Below the pieces are notes generated by a model that worked only from the letters and a program-made list of their open reading frames with translations, was not told the origin of the DNA and ran no database searches. A stretch of 64,000 nucleotides of DNA. It comes from Amoebophrya sp. A120 (Eukaryota > Protista > Dinoflagellata). Shown piece by piece: positions 24,588-37,588 of this stretch. Location of the stretch: contig CAJINV010000007.1 in the NCBI GenBank assembly GCA_905178155.1, positions 2,213,151 through 2,277,150 on the forward strand, in the 5' to 3' direction. Every line of letters starts with the position of its first letter. Positions within the stretch are counted from its first letter, which is position 1. Position numbers and translations under genes: made by a program.

Positions 24588-25623
24588 GGTTTATGATCTG
24601 CTTGGGAGGAATGCCAAAGTAGTAGATGAGAGACAGAGATCAACAAAGTGTGATGTTTCACCTGTCTGGACGCCGGAATATTTTCGCTATTTGTTTATTT
24701 CCACCAGAACACATCAGAAACGGACCATGCTACTTACTTGCGCGGCCCTCAAGTAGTTCCCACCATTGACATACTAGTTCTGAAAAAAAACATTTTTTGT
24801 CTGAATCAATTGTAAGAAGTGCCTAGGTATGTTTAACATGACACGTTTAGGCACGACGTTTTTCTGGAAAAGATGGAAAAAAATGCTCGAGGCGTGCTGC
24901 GGTATACTTGCTAAAAAGACACTGTCTCTTCACGAGTTGTGGTCGCTGAAGAAGAAATTTCCATGAGTCAATGTCATGTGGTTCTGTTTGGCATTGAGTA
25001 TCGTATCATTAGCCTCATACACCATTTCCGCCTCTTCGATCTAGCCTAATTTGGCCTGCTTTTGTGTACAATTGCTACTTCGTAGATTATCGGAAAACAC
25101 ATCAACAAGGGCCACAATTTCCTTCGTAGTAGCGTGGTTGCTGTGATTCAAGGAAATTACAACAGTTCGCTCTCGTGCGGCATCTCATGAAACAGCAGCA
25201 CCTCCTTTTACAGCTTCACTCAGGAACATGCCATGCCCATGTGTTTTCATCGTCTCCTAATCCTTCTGCTCGTGCTCCATAATGAACATGAAGTGGGAAG
25301 ATCATGGCGCACAGAGTAGATGTCCGAATTTTATTACCTCGGACCTGCCAACTACTTCTGGAAATTCTCTATGTCGTTTCTGAATCTGATTCTGATTAAT
25401 GTCGTGAATACAATAAGACTGTTCGGTTTACTCTTAGCCAAAAAAGCCCGTTTGGTTTTTGATTTTGTGTCTCAGAAAAAAATGCTTCTTTGACCAACAT
25501 TCAAAAACAAAAGTCTAGTGTATTTGAAAATGCTCGTCGTGACTTCAACTCCACCATGCGAAAAGACGTGATTGCTGGACCAGCATTAAAGTTGAGCCAG
25601 GAGTTCTTGTTTTTGCTCCAGAT

Positions 25624-28600
25624 TCACGAAGACTGAGATTCATCCGAGCCCGAGGAGGAGCTGAAGCCGCGCATCTTGTTTTTCTTCTTTCTTTGCGCAG
25701 TCGTTCCTTTTTCTACTTTTTCCTGCTCCTCTTCGCCCACATCCTTATTCCTGCCACGTCGCCGATCCCGGCGCTTTTCTTCCGGCCGGAACATTTCCAC
25801 TCGACTGTCTCTACGGTGGGCGGGCGACGCGTTTCTCTTGAAATTGTCTCTTCGGTCCTGTCGCCGCTCCTGCGATCGATTCTGCCGCCGCTCCTTCAGG
25901 ATCACCTGGATTTTCTCGTTGGGATGCTCCTTCTTGTTCTTCGCGACTCCTGACAGCTCTGGCTTCTTTTTCTCCGCGCCGTCTTTGGTAGTGGTTTTGA
26001 TGTCTTTGTCAGCAGCTTTCTTGTCGTTCGCCTTCTGTTCTTGGTCTTTTGACGCCGCCGTGGGGGTTTTCGCCTTCGCCGAGTTCTTCTTTTCTTTCAA
26101 CGCGATTTTCTTTTCGTCTTCGTCGCTGCTCTCCGTGTCGTCCACGCCTTTGCGGTCTGCCTTTATCTTCTTACCGGCACGATCTTTATTGTCTTTATCT
26201 TGTTGCCTAGAGGTCGTGGCGTCTTTGACTTTGCCTTTCTCCTCTCCGCCACGACGCGCTGCTGTATCTCTATCTTTCTTGTCCACGACGACTTCCTTCT
26301 TGTCCTCTTTGTTATGCCTTCTCGCACCACGACTCCTACTGCGATCTCGATCGGTTCGTGTTTTCTTTCTCTTTTTCTTGTCCTTCTTAGCAGCGTCCTC
26401 GATGTAATCAAGGGACGCAGAATCTTCGTTGACGTCCTGGTTGATATTCGTTTTCATCTCCGCAGGCGCGTTGCTCACTTCTGCTGGAGGTGGCGGGGGC
26501 GGGACTGCTATTTTTTCTGCGGGTCGTTTATTTGACGCAGACCTCGACCGAGAGGACCCGGAAGATTTGCTGGACAAGCTTCTCCTCCGTTTCTTGTCGC
26601 TCTTCGTTTTCCTCCTGCGGGAATCGACACGATTTCTGTTTTTATTGTTGGCATCGTCTTTGCTCCTGACGTCTTTCTTGTCAACATGCTTGGTCGATGA
26701 CGTCGCGCCGCCAGCTTTGTCTTTAGTTGTATGATCCCGACCTGCTACTCGCTCTGCTTTCTTCTCCGCAAGAACTACAGCGGGCTTCCTATTTCTATTC
26801 TGCTCCTTGTGGTCCTCCTCGCTGGAAGACGATGAAGATCGGCTGCGCGACCTTCGACGGCCGCGACGATTTTCTACTCTACTTCGTGGCTGCTCTTTCT
26901 TCTGTTCGATGATCTGTTTCTTGTTGGAGGGTTTAGAAGCATCCTTGTTTTGTTCCCTTTCAGCAGCAGCAGTTGTCGTTCCCTTTCTTGAGCCGCCACC
27001 GCGAGCTGGCAGAGGACTTGCCCCCCTCTTCGCTTTTTTATCCTCCCTCGTCCCAGCAGCTGGCGACTTCGACCGCGAGCGAGAGGAATCTTTAGACGCA
27101 GGCCGGCTCGGAATAGACTTTGAAGACTCGGAAGAGGAATCAGAAGCCGAAGCGTGTCTTTTTCTATAATTGCTCGACGTTTTTAGCACAACCGGCTTGA
27201 CTGCTGGTTTGGGTTTTCGTTCTTCATTTTTATTTCTAGAAGTTGTACCACCTGCGGCAGCGACATGCTGATCATTCCTCCGCTTCTTTTCCTGCTGGCG
27301 TTGGTCTACAGAGGAGCTCGACTTCCTTCTTCTCTTCGCTGCGCCAGCAGCTCCTGCCTTCTTCGTGTCGCCTGTAGTGGTCCTGTTCCGTTGATCGCGT
27401 GTAGTCTGCTCTTCCTTTTTCGCCGGAGAGCCTGGCTTATTTTTACTGCTCGGCCCGTCTAGAAGTTTATTCGAAGATTTAGTAGTCGCACCAGTCGCGT
27501 AGTCTTTCTTGTTTCTAAGCATGGCATTCTTCTCCGAAGCTGCCGAGGAAAAATCTGACTTGCTGTCTTCTGATGAATCGGTATTATCATGATCCGGCTT
27601 GTTTTTCTTCATCTTCTTGCTGTTTAGCCGTTCTACTTCCTGCTCCTTCCTGATTTTGTCCAGTTCCACTTCACTCGCAGACCGTCCCCGTCGCTGCTCG
27701 CGTTCCTCCGTCTTCAACTTAATCTGGATCGTCCTTGGCGCCGGCTTCTGATTCCGATTGGTCGTGGTTACACTGGCGCTGCCGGGAGGTACTTGACCTT
27801 GTGGTCTCCCGCTCTGTGGGATGTTCACGCGAAGAGACGAAGCAGTATTCCTCGGCTGGTCGTGGCTTTGCTCTTCTTCTTGGTTTTTCTTTGAATCGGT
27901 GTTCTTTTCTTTGTCGGGATGACCTTTACTTTCTGCCGGGTCGCTGGATGATTCCACTTTTACGGTCTTGTGAAAAGCGCGGGAAGCTGGTTTATTTCGA
28001 CTGTAGGGATCCTTTCGTCCGTCGGGTGCATCTTCGACGTTTTTGTTCCCGGTGTCGTTGCCTCTTGAGAGAGAACTTGACTTTTTGCCTCCTCGAGATC
28101 TTCTCGGAGAGGACAAAGAGCGGCTGCGACTGCTGCTCCGGCTCTGTCGGGCGCGCTTCTTTTTGTCGGTGTCCTTCGCAGCGGGTGAAGCTGCGGCTGG
28201 TCGCTTATTTTCTTGACTCTTTTTCCTCTTCTTGTTTTCGCCGTCCGAACTTAAATCTTCAGGCGTCAGCGTGCCCGCGGGCCTGTTGTCTTCCTTCTTG
28301 ACTTTCTCTACCATCTCCTCGTCAACCGCGCTGACACCGCTGTTGATTCTACCGCGAAGATGAGAAGCAATCTTTTTCTTGTTGTCAACATCCCGCTCCG
28401 GCGAGTCGGAGTGTTTGTCTTTCTTTCTGCTTCGGCTCCGAAACTTTTCGTGCGACTTCGACCTACTGTTGGACATCTTGGACGCTTTCCTGTTCCGACT
28501 TCCCGATCGTGATCTGGATCTTTTCCTACTGCCGGACTTCGACCTCTTCCTAGTATCCCCACGTCGACCGCCGTCGTCTTCGTCGAGCGAGAAAGTCCTA

Positions 28601-31292
28601 CGGTTGCCGCCGCCGGCGCGACGGGCCGGGGGCTGCCGCTCGCGCGATCGGCGCGTGTTACGGTCGCGGCGGTCCCTGGGAGTGCTGCTTCTGCGCCGGG
28701 TGCCACCTCCACCTGATGTTGTAGTTTTGTTTTGCCGTCTTCCTCGTGAGAGTTCTATCACTGATTTCTGCGTCAATCGGTCTAGTGAAAGTTGTAAAAA
28801 TCGAGGACGAAACTAAACGTACACATCAACCCAGCCAAAAAATAAAAATTGAAAAAAGCGAATAAGCAGCACTTTTGCCACCTCAAGCAAAAAATCATAG
28901 GATACCTCCGCGTCCTCCGCCAGGTCTTGTAGTTCGCGGGGCAAGCCGTCCATCTCTCCGTGCACCGTAGCCGCCTGCTCGACCTCGGTCTGCACTACGG
29001 CGATCGCCTCTTCTACCACCGGCGCCGCCCCGCCGGTCTCGGCTGTCGTTCCTGGTGCCCCTGGTATAATTCCCTCCGTTGCCGCCTCCTCGCCGATCAT
29101 GATTACCACGGCCGCGCAAGCCGCCGCGTCCCCGCCGACTGTGGCTGCGCCGCCGCGTGCTCCGCCGGCGACCGCCACTGCGGTTGTTATAATTGCGCGC
29201 GCCACGATTACGGCTACGGCTCCGTCGGTTCGCGCCGCGAGGGGCTGTGATGATGAATATGGCGCAGTTATGTGTAATTTGGTCAATATTGTCTTTTTAC
29301 CGTAGGCCAGTACAACTCGTCAGTCCTGCTGCACGTGCGCAACATGCCGATATACAACCAACCTCAGACATCAAACAAATTTTTGATGTGAAGGAAACCA
29401 TCTTGTTCAAAATAGCAAAAATAGAAATACTCGATCTCCTGCCGGCACTGCCGCCGCGTCTTCTGGCAGGACCCCGCCTCCGCGGGCTTTTTCCCGCCGA
29501 TCTCGACCGGCTGCGACTGGAGCTCCCGCTGCTTCTGCTGCGACTGCTACTCCCACTCCGGGACTTGGATCCGCTCTTGCTGTTTGAGTGGGACCGTTTC
29601 TTCAAATCGTTGTGCCGCCCGGTCAACTGCAAATCCTTGTCCGGGTTGCCGTTTTTCGCCGTTTTCAACATTTCCTCTGTGTCGTGTGCGACGTCTTTCA
29701 AAAGCACACTGGTGGGCGACTTGATGTTCTTGTCGTCTATGGCCTGCTGCTGATTACTCGTGGCCAACATCTTCGCAGGTTTACTGGTGTCGTTGTTTCC
29801 GACAGAAGAGATCCCGGTCGTAGTATTGACGTTTTCATTGTCTTTGTCGCCCCCCTTGCTGGCCGCGTCGGTGGATTTTCCGTCCTCTCCTGCATTCGCC
29901 GCGGCAAATGACGCACCGAAACTCAGCTTGCCGAAAGCGGCGCGGACCTGATGGGGGATTGAGATTTCAAATTCAATATTTCCGGCTTACGATTGCTGCG
30001 CCACAAATAGGCAGAATCTTCAACATGGCGGAAGAACAGTTCATGATAGTCATGATGATGAAGAATAAACTTCTACTTGAAATAAAACTAACAACTGTAG
30101 TACCTGGTCCACTTTCCGGTTATCCTTCAGACTGCCTGGGTCCATTTTGGGAATCACGATTTGGTCGTTCACCTTTCCCACCACATCCTTGGCCTTTTCC
30201 ACCCCGACTTCCAGGCCCCCGATGACCTGCTTTTTGGTCTCCAGCAGAGTCTCCGCCGCTTCGGCCGTGGCAAATTCCACGAGACCAAACTTGATTTGCT
30301 CCAGGTCCGTGTCAATCCGCTGGTCCTTCACGACGCCAAAGGCCTGGCAGAAAATCAGCAAGTGACCCAAATCAATCGAGTCGGGGAGCGGGCGGAGACA
30401 GACGGTTTTCTCCAGTTTCCGTTCCCGTTCTGACCCTAATTCCTGCAGCTGTTCCTGCAACTGCGCCAGGGAAATCTGCCCGGCCACGGTGGGGTTGTTC
30501 ACATTGGCCTGTTTATTTTTCATGTCAAGTCAAAGCGTGAAGATGAAGATCGTCATCACATAGTCAATATCACTAAAGTGAATCTAAAAGGAGCGAATGA
30601 AAGCTTAAGTTTTTGCTCTGCAAAAAAACTGCATAAAACATCGTGAAGATGATGAAGGCAAACTACACAACCCATGATAGTACCATCTGCGCAGCTCCTA
30701 CGGTAGAAGCCGTTCCAGGTGCAGGAACGCCGGTGGTTCCAATTGGTAACTTCGCGTTTAGGTCCATTTGTCCAGGCGGCTGCAGCCCGCTCGACTGCAC
30801 GCTCCCCTTCACCGGATCCAGAATGTCGACCCTGATGTAGCATTTTGTTTGCCATATTTCAACATCGAGAAAAATCATCTCAAGGTGCAAACAGCAGGCA
30901 GTAAGAACAACCACGACGTATGTTGACCTCCCTTGTTTGAGCGTGACAGGCATCATCTACATATTATCACTCAAGGGCGCTCTACGTACTGTTGCATATG
31001 AAGCATACTAAACCTTCACCCAGAATGAAAATCATGTCAACAAAATGCGAAAAAAAAAGTAGACATACATGATCGGCACGCCCAGAAAGAGTTTCCCGTT
31101 CAGGTTATTGATCGCGCTGGTGACGCCCTTGCTGCTCGCGAACTGCACTTCCACGTACACGTTATTGGTCCCCGGGAAGACGTTGAACTTGATCGCCTCC
31201 ACGGTGTCGCACTCCGAGAAGTGCTGCCGCAAATTTGACTCCGTCGCCTCATTGCTCAGGTTCCGCACGAAGATGGAGTTGGTTGCTGACAT
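25624..31292 (-). CDS. Two-RRM, RS/lysine-rich splicing-factor-like protein (SREK1/SRSF11-like architecture), 6 exons
   Basis: RRM1 SIFVRNLS...YVEVQF; RRM2 KTVCLRPLP...FGLVEF; long RS tail. Five GT-AG introns join in frame (30832-31068, ~30510-30683, ~29948-30103, ~29245-29430, ~28782-28905). Confidence 0.8.
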
Positions 31293-33548
31293 CTTAAATT
31301 GATGAGTAGTGGGGAAACAAAATCTTGATCTTCACTAAATCCTAAACCGTTCACTGTGAACTTCTACTTATCTTCGCTAAAAATGTCTATGTCGAAAATT
31401 GATCTCCTACTTTCTTCATGAAACTGCGAATAAAGCATGAGTGTTTTTTGTTTCTGTAGTCGCAGCAGATATCGCAGGATGGTAGTTTTGCGCTTCATCT
31501 TGCTCTTAATCGTCCGATAGCAGGATGATGTTGAGGACACTTCCAGTACTAGTAACTTGGCGTGTTCTTACAACCACGTTCAAAATTTGTGTGATAATTT
31601 CAAAGGAACAAAAAACGGACGCTGTAAAATCGGCGATGCGCCGCAGGACGGCGGATTCTGACGCTGGTGGTGGTGACGCAGACGCTGTAGGGGCAGAAGA
31701 GTTGTCGGCCGGCGATCAATCTTTGCTCTTCTATCTCGCCCAAAAAGCTTCTTGGGTTCATCCTGCTGCCAAGCAGTCAAGTCGGGATCGCGTGGCACAC
31801 CTCAGCACTTTGCACAGCAGCTACTTTTTCATTCTTGCTGGGCCACAGGCATGACAGGTTTCTTGTCTCTTCCCAACAGGGCGAAGATTTGTGCTGAGGT
31901 AATCAGAGTTGGGAAAAAGAAGCAGAGCTCTAATTCGCATTGGCTCAGCGTTGACTACTTCGTACCAACTTGTTGAGCGAATGCATCGTGCATGATGTAG
32001 AAGTAGAAGCAGAAGGACAAGGAGGAATACAAAATCAATCACATCAACGCTCGTTGCTCGTTTCGTTTTCAACTTTATTTCCACGGTTTGGTCATGGATC
32101 TCTATGTCTATCTCACATTTACCTAGAAGCTGCGTGATCAGTTGCAGGTCCGCCACCTATGTTGCCTGCTGCTGCTCGCGTTGATAATCGTCAGGAACTC
32201 GCCCTCGCCGGATCCGGAATCAAGCTGGAACTCCTGGCGGCTCCGCGGTGGCAGGGAGGCAAAACTTGATGCTCGGCGCTCGCGGATCTAAAAAATTTGG
32301 CTTTTCTCACAACTGCAAAGAGGAAGCAGTAGTGGGTACCTTCGTCAATAAATTTGTTGGAAAAAAAAAATTCGGTGTCATCAACAGCGTCTCAATCTCA
32401 TCAACCATTTGGATTTTCATCAAGAGCAACATGTTGGAACCATATTTGGATTCGCGCTCGCTCTACGACTGTGTTGTTCATTTACGTCTACTTTGGATCC
32501 TCTTCATTTTCGAATTTTCACCATTTGCAAAAGATCGTCTGGCAGCCATCTGCTGTTTATTCGCAATCACAAAAATCGCTTGATTTGCGACTCCCGGCTC
32601 CTGCTCTATCAGAGTTATGCTAATGTTGACGTGACCGTTCTTTGTTTTCTGCTCCAAAAGGATTAAAATTAAATCAGAAATTTACAGCATGGTCTTGCTC
32701 GAGTTTCAGTTTGCCTTTCGAAGCCAAGTATCATGCAATGAATTGACACGACCAACGACCTGGGGCAACAAGGCTCGGTGGCTTTTGCTTTTATTTCTTG
32801 ATGGCACTGATTCTACATCATAAATGTGACTCAACATCGGGCACATTCTACTGTTATTTACGATTACGGCACCAGCAGCAACACCGCTTTGGCAAATGGC
32901 CATTTGAGAAGGTTGCGCAAAAGGAAAAGCAACATCAGAAAGCAAAAACGCGGCACCTCATGCTCATCAACAAGAAACGTCGATCGTACATAAAATAATT
33001 TGTGCGGCCACTGCCAGTGCCAGAGGCGAGGCCGATTTTCATGGGAATACGTAAAGGCTAGGAACAATCTTTTGCGCTTCAGCATTTTCATCGCGTTGCA
33101 AGAAACGCTCTCGTGGGACCATCTCTTCGGATGTTGCAGCGCTTGTACATGATTGTAGTGGTGGCGCGACCGGTTTGACATTTGATCATGTTTCATTCGG
33201 AGAGAAGATAACAGCAGGTAAGAAGTTGATTTTTTTAGGTTTCAGGCAGAAATTGTTGGTTACTTCTAATCCATAGAGTTCTCAGACGATGCGCATGATG
33301 CGTGATAAAGAACCAGTACAAACACACTGCTTGTCCTTGTACTTGTGAAGACGTGATGACAAAAATATCACAGCTCTTATCGTACACAAAAATTCAGGCT
33401 GCGTGAAGATACCTACGTCAGCCTTTGTCGTTCTACGGGGTAGAAGTTTGGGAACAGGAGAAGGCGCCGGCACCTTCTGGAAGATGTTCTTGAGGGAAAT
33501 AAGGATCTACAGAACCAAAAATGGTGCGTCCGCAACATTAGATGAAAC

Positions 33549-36500
33549 TCAGTGCCAGCCGGTTCTATTTCGAAATTCCGCGATTTCGCTCTTTAGACTC
33601 TCGTCGATCTGTAGGGAGTCCGCCGTGAACGTCTCCCCTGTCACTGGGCAAACGTCCCCCTTAATGGCACTCCACTGCTGTAGGTTCAATAACTCGTAAT
33701 TCACAAAATAGCCTCCGCTGCACATAAACCGCACCGGAGTTTGCATCAACGTCCCGTCGATCCCACAGCGGTACTCCTCCGGTATCCTCGTCGGTTGCGG
33801 GATGCCGTTGATGAAGGTGATGCCATTGACGGACCCTTGATTATGTTGTCCCATAGGGTCCATCCCCCCAAACATGTCTATGCTCCGCGCCTTGTTCGGA
33901 TCGTTGATATTCTCCCCGCCCGAGAAGCTTCTCTCCTCGTCAAACCTCTCCCAGCGCGCGTCAGCGAGTTGCGATGGGGTCGGAGTCAAAGGCACGTCCG
34001 GCTCTATCTGTATTTCCTGCGGAAGTGGTGCTAGCGGGTCCTCATTGATCGTGTAAATTCGCGGCAAAGGGCCGTTCAGGAGCAGGCTCTGTTGGTCTTC
34101 TTGTTCGGCGGCGTTCCCCATTTGTAGTTCCTGGTCTTGTTTATAATTTGCAGCTGTCATTTCCTTCATTTTCATCTTCTCCCGCCTGTAGTAGCCTTCC
34201 TGAATCTCGGAGTAGTAAAACATCTGTTGCAGCAGCAGTATGCTACTTTTCTGGACAATCAGCCCACTGGAGCCTATTTCTATCGGGAAAAACTTCCCGA
34301 ACTCCGCATTCTCGTCTCGAAAGGCCTCGTTGCTCAGCCGCACGTCCTGCCAAAAGGGGTCGTGGACCGATTCTCCATCGCACCAAACGAAATACGTGCG
34401 AATCGCCCGCTATGGATGTGTCAGGATCGAAATCGACAAAATCGAAAAACTTGTAATGCATAAAATGTAGGCCAAGTAAGGCCTGTGTTGGGGAGCAGGC
34501 AAATGAGACCGATTGCAAGCCTGTTTAGGGGTATGCAATGTGCTGCCAGAGTAGCATGACAGGAGCAGTTTTCTTTGTCCAAACAGCATGACAGACTGGA
34601 TTTGGGTGCTCCCGAAATTTGTCATGTGCCACTTGGGAACTGAGGCTCCCAATGGTATCCTCGATTTCATGCATCACAAATTTTTCGACTTTGTCAATTT
34701 CGATTCTGACGCTTCCATACCCGCCAGAACCGCTGCAGGTGAAACGGCAATTCCTGCAAGTGCGCCTCCGAAAGTTCCTCGCGCGGCGCCTGCAGCTCTT
34801 GCGCGGCGAAAGTCGCCGCTTGTTCGAAGCAATTGCACCGGGTTGGCAGGTTGAAGTCCGGTTCGTCCGTATCGTAAGGAAAAATCCCCCCTCCCCATAT
34901 CAAAACGGGATTTCTTATGCTGGATTTGTGTACACCAATCAGCTTTGTATTGCAGAAAGGCACTGCGACCAGATCCGCAGACTGGGCAGGGGCGTATGGG
35001 TCTAGTTGCTCAGCATGGCAAACCGCTCCCCTTTAGGCCCAACAGCATGACAAATCGCTGCCATAATGGGGCGGAAGCTTCTGCCCTTGTCTTCCTGCAA
35101 GACAAATGCGATTTGTGACCTCAAATCAGCAACGCAAATTTTCGGAAACATACCTTTTCGATATGGGGAGGGGGGATTTTTCCTTTTGATAGTCCGGTAG
35201 ATTTACCAAAAACACCTTCGCGGCAACCGCACCGTACAACATGTAATCCCGCGGGACCGCCCAGGGCAGGTTCTCGTCGAAGGAGAACTGGGACAGGCAT
35301 TTCAGCTGCAACAGCATGTCCAACACCGCCTGGCAGAGCGAGGCCTGCAGCGTCCCCGCGGTGTCGCCAATCGCGGTCAAGTATTCCCGCCACTCCAGGC
35401 ACAGCGGCCTCGCGCGGCTGCTGTACAGCACGCCCCCGACGGCGACGGCCGCCTCGTCCACCATATCGGGCACCGGGTGGTTCTCGAAAAAGAGCAGTGC
35501 GTCGGTCGGGGGTAACACGCACTTCCGCACGAAGCGCTCGATTTCTTGCCGCCGCAGGGCCAAGTGGCGGACTAAGCGCATGACGACGTTCGCGACTTTC
35601 CTGGATATCAAATCGACGTCGTTGGAGCTGTAGTGTTTGTCGTCGAAGCACACTGTAGCCATCTCGGACACGATTCGGGTAAGGGCGATCACCAATAAAG
35701 TTGCGCGACTAGTCAGCTGCATCCTGCTTTTCGTGATTTGCTGCTGCGGGTCGAGCGGGTAGTTAGGATCGGTATAAGAATTGTAGTTTTGCATCGCCAC
35801 TACATCATCAGAATTGTTAAAATTCCCCGACAGCGTCCGCTCGCCGACATGGAGTTGCGAATCGGAAATACTCTGCTCGTTTAGCAGGGACTGCTCTATC
35901 ATGTTCCTTTTTCCACCGCTACTAGTTGTCCCTGATGAACCGCCGCCCGCGGTTGGGGAAATGGAGAGTTGGCTCACCATCTCCTCCAGTCGGGCCAGTT
36001 GCAGCTGTTCGTTGTGCCTCGCCTGATAGGGGTCGTGCGCGGACGCGGTGCCCGGGCTATTCGAGAGACCCAGCACCACCCGGGTCTGCCCCTCCTGGTC
36101 TAGCTGCTGCAGAAAGTTCGCATTCGCATCACCGGCACGAACAGTACTAGGGGATAGATTGTTCTCATTGGCGTTCATATAATTTCCACCGCCGTCAGCA
36201 GTTGGTGCAGCAGCGGTACTAGTAGCAGCTGTTGCTGCAGCACTACTACTGGCAGCTCCAATGACGACCGCCCCGTGGTTTTGCCCGCCCGATCCGCCGC
36301 CGAGCAGCAGCTTTTCGCAGCGCCGCAGCAACAGGGTGAGAACGTCATTGTCGATGAAGCAAAACGCGAGCCGTTTCCGGTACTCGAACACGTCCAACAC
36401 GGATAATTCTTGTGTTGCGGCATTGACGCCTCCAACGTCTAGTACTCCGTCTACGTGCGGTTGTTCCTGAAAAACCCCAGTTACCATTTCCTTCACCTGC

Positions 36501-37588
36501 CGCATCGTCTCCCGGACGGCCTTGTGCGCTTGCGAGCTGTCCCACATCTGACACAAGGGGACGGCAATCAGAGGCTCTACGTCCAGAAGGAGGACTGCGA
36601 GTTTCACGGCCAACTCCACGTCGTTATTACACAGCTCCAGGAAGATCTCGACGGAGGGGAAAGAGGTGCTAGAAGTCGTGTTCTCCTCACCATTTTCAAT
36701 GTTTCCTTCCCCCTGTAGTTCCACTGCTTGTTGTGCGACCTGCGCTAGAGAAACTAAGTTGGAAAAACACCGCCAAAGCAGCTGCGCCAGGCGCTTCTTC
36801 TCGGCCATACGCTTTATGCTGGCACTCACCATCCACTGCTCCCCCTCGTCGTCAAAAAGTTGCTCTCGCTCCAGCTTCCGGCACTTCTCCAGTTCCCTTG
36901 CGTGGCCGAACACGAAAATACGGAGTAAGTCGTCAAACTTGCTACCCATCTGGAGCAGAAAGTACTCCGCCAGCGAGGTCGCCTCGTCCACTTGCACTCC
37001 CACTAACTCCGGCCCGGCGCCGGCTATCGCGAGAAACTCCTCCGGTTTCAGAAAAAACTGCAACGCGCAGGACCCGATGGAGGGTCGTTTGGAAGGTTTG
37101 CTTGTAGTTGCAGCTGGTGCACCATTTGGACTAATATCATGTTCTTGCTGCGCAACAACATTTGAAGAAGGAGGTGCGCCTATCTTCAAGCAGAACACTG
37201 CTTGCACCGCCTCCAGCGCGTATCTCAGGCCCCGGTCGTGCGCCTCCCGGTATCTTTCTCTCTTTCCGAAATGGGTCAGCGCATCGAGGAGCCCGATAAT
37301 CAAATCTCCGATGAAGAGCAGCTGCTCGCCCGTGCGGTTACTTTGTGCTAAATCCACTTCCGAGGAAATACTGATCACCTGTTCCGGGTTCATGGCGACC
37401 TGCAGCACCTCGGCTGCGTTCACGTGGCATTGGGCGAGTCTGGGCAGCGACGGGTCAATCGTGCAGTCGTCGGTCGTTTGGGAGGTCAACGAAAGGGAAA
37501 GGGTTTTCGTCCGGTTTGCCTCCTGGAGCACCTGCTCGACCGCCCGAACGACAAAGCGGACAAGATCTGGGTCGGGATGGAGCGCCAT
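33549..37588 (-). CDS. U-box domain protein, probable E3 ubiquitin ligase (~1132 aa, 3 exons)
   Basis: C-terminal U-box IPEEYRCGIDGTLMQTPV...CPVTGETF...LKSEIAEF. Two introner removals join ..NLPD|EPDFNL..RFWR|AIRTYF..DVRLSNEAF. Confidence 0.85.
34411..34719. mobile_element. Introner, 309 bp
   Basis: TIR 44/51 (TATGGATGTGTCAGGATCGAAATCGACAAA...); TSD CCCGC at 34406-34410 and 34720-34724; removal restores the frame. Confidence 0.92.
34870..35191. mobile_element. Introner, 322 bp
   Basis: TIR 35/39 (TATCGTAAGGAAAAATCCCCCCTCCCCATATC...); TSD GTCCG at 34865-34869 and 35192-35196; removal restores the frame. Confidence 0.92.

Noticed and set aside
24903-24917. Isolated TAT-N7-AAA ends (also ~33378, ~47458, ~56781)
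   Set aside because: No partner TIR or TSD found.
25676-28816. Plus-strand Phe/Leu/Ser-rich ORFs (likewise 36666-37736 and 62298-63365)
   Set aside because: Antisense shadows of long minus-strand coding regions.
31500-33300. Possible small multi-exon gene (similarly 47800-49400)
   Set aside because: Some exon-like patches, but no coherent frame or domain could be assembled.
34411-34719. G-U wobble bias in TIR mismatches as evidence of RNA-level pairing
   Set aside because: 4 of 6 transitions are compatible here but other elements are mixed; too few to conclude.
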